From contig NC_043010.1 of NCBI RefSeq assembly GCF_006345805.1, positions 18,228,001-18,292,000 of the forward strand: a stretch of 64,000 bases of DNA, in the 5' to 3' direction. The translations under genes were made by a program, and so were the position numbers. Of this stretch, positions 62,078 through 64,000 are shown one piece after another. Below the pieces are notes generated by a model. That model searched no databases and had not been told where the DNA came from. It saw nothing but the letters and a program-made list of their open reading frames with translations. Source of the stretch: Octopus sinensis. Taxonomy: Eukaryota. The first letter of the stretch is position 1. Each line of letters begins with the position of its first letter.

Positions 62078-62901
62078 ATTTCTTCTCTGCTCTTTTGACA
62101 ATCCGTTATTGATTCACATTATGTATATTCTTTTTTTAAATATTCAGTGTTATAAATAAACATCGATGAAGATTATTCATTCTCCTATCAGTATTAAACA
62201 TAACAAAACTCATTAGTCACTTCCGTTTGTACACTAATATTAGCTTTAGATTTTGGGGGGTTGAGAGGGGTTGAGTTGACCCAATTGTTTAACTGGTACT
62301 TATTTTATCGTTCCCGAAAGGATGAAAGGCAAAATCGACCTCGGGGGAATTTGAACTCAGAACGTAAAGACAGATGAAATGTCACCAAGTATTTTGTCCG
62401 GCGTGCTAAGCTCGCCGCCTTACACGCACGCACTAATATTTATATATATCAAATGCCCTCCGGTGAAATGTAAGGCTCAAGTTTTGGAACCAGGGCTTTT
62501 AATAGAAAGACGCCAATGTAGGTCTCTGTACCGACATCGCCCCACTCCGTCCTTTAACTGAAGCACTTGCAGTGGATTTGAACACACGCTGCCCTCTCTG
62601 TAGTGGTTTGACTCTCTTAGCAGTTCCAGCTGCGTCGCTTCCAATTATGGCATATAAAAATTAAGAAAAACAAAAACGAAAAAAAACAAAAACACATATA
62701 AATATAAATAAAGAAATTATCGCGCCATACCATATAAGGTAAAAATTACAATTAGAATTAAACCATGTATGAGAAAAATGCGTTATAACAAAATACACGT
62801 TAACAAACACAAAACATACAAACATGAAGTAAAAAACAACAAATAACGATAAATTTGAACACCATAAAGTAGGAGTTAAGACGAAATCGAAAAAGAAAAT
62901 A

Positions 62902-62945
<44 letters not shown>

Positions 62946-63628
62946 CTACATCAAGGCCAAATAACGTTTTACACAGAATAACACAGCAAGAAGATCAACA
63001 GCACGGAGGCGAAACCATTCTATGGTTTGACTAAAAAGAAACAAAAAATAACAACAAATTAGCAAATTATTAAGAAAAAAAGAAATTTCAACAAAATGAA
63101 ATTTAGAGAAATGTAGAAAGATGCCGGAGAAAAGGCTTGTGTTAATAACATAGGAAGACTTACGTGAGCACTTGGATTAAGTTTTATCTCAGCCAGTCGT
63201 TCCACAAAACTACTTGTTATGGTTTCTGTAGATTAACATCCTCGTTGCTGTTGTTGTTGTTGCTGCTTCCTTTCTCGGATTTTTATGCTATTCTGTCGGA
63301 TATTGTTGCCACTGGGAAAGAATTACGATCGGTAACCTTGACAGCCAACTCTTGTTACTTACTGATTTAGTTTTCTGCTTTTTTTTTTCATTTTTCGTTT
63401 CCTGAAAGCTCTCCAACGGATCCCCATAAAGCTGTTTATGTATTCGTGTCAACACTGTACGACGACGTCTTATAGGATTTTAGTCGAGCCTCCATTGTCA
63501 AACTAACACACTTGCATAAATGCCAGGATTTTGATAAGTTTTCGTCACCTAAGCGAAACAGACTGTGAACACACACACACACATACACTTAAATATGTAT
63601 GTATATTTACACGTATATAAGAGATAAT

Positions 63629-63973
63629 GGATCTTTTCGGTTTGAACGGCAGTTTTTAACATAATTTCTAGGTAACTAAAAAATTTTAAACTTCGTATAC
63701 TGGTAGAATGTGTTTATAAAACATCTTTTTCTCTTGGATTTATTGAGAAAATTCTATAGTTTGTAAGATATCTGTTGTTGTTTTTCTTCAATTTTTGCAA
63801 TTTCAACCAATCAAATACGTCTATTGAGGTAAAAAAAACATTCTGTGTCGTATGAATATGTCCCTCGTTTAAGAAACAGATTGGGTTTATTTACATTTGT
63901 GAAGAAAAAAAGGATACCCTTCCCCCACCCCTAACACCGCTAGAAAAAACTGCCGTTCAAACCGAAAAGATCC
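63629..63973. mobile_element. Non-autonomous DNA transposon with 29-bp TIR and 8-bp TSD (hAT/Merlin-type)
   Basis: GAGATAAT|GGATCTTTTCGGTTTGAACGGCAGTTTTT ... AAAAACTGCCGTTCAAACCGAAAAGATCC|GAGATAAT. Confidence 0.85.
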
Positions 63974-64000
63974 GAGATAATGGTGTCATTGAGACCCAAA

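Noticed and set aside
62560-62642. tRNA-like (superficially tRNA-Sec-like) 83-nt segment on the minus strand with GTTCAAATCC and TCAAACC
   Set aside because: The anticodon and T stems do not pair and the acceptor strand is out of register; more likely a decayed SINE head. tRNAscan-SE would settle it.

Overview
AT-rich, repeat-dense eukaryotic genomic DNA. The SINE/RTE repeat families match what I recall from octopus genomes, so a coleoid cephalopod origin is inferred. Main gene: a complete WDR6 (Trm734 orthologue, WD40 partner of the tRNA 2'-O-methyltransferase FTSJ1/Trm7) on the minus strand. I assembled by hand 24 coding exons from ATG 54923 to TAA 17230 (3648 nt, about 1215 aa, all phases compatible). 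Two of its introns carry U12-type (minor spliceosome) signatures, and there is a probable non-coding first exon and promoter near 57.9 kb. Converging from the left is the 3' end of an NMNAT gene (+ strand, exon 2835-2930) with several possible C-termini. The intron after that exon holds a nearly intact antisense CR1-clade LINE. The rest is transposon-derived: Penelope-like, Tc1, Helitron, piggyBac-type MITEs, RTE/Tx1/Hero/CR1 relics, tRNA-derived SINEs, foldback inverted repeats and microsatellites. No rRNA, true tRNA or CRISPR array was found. Everything was derived by eye; repeat boundaries are approximate.
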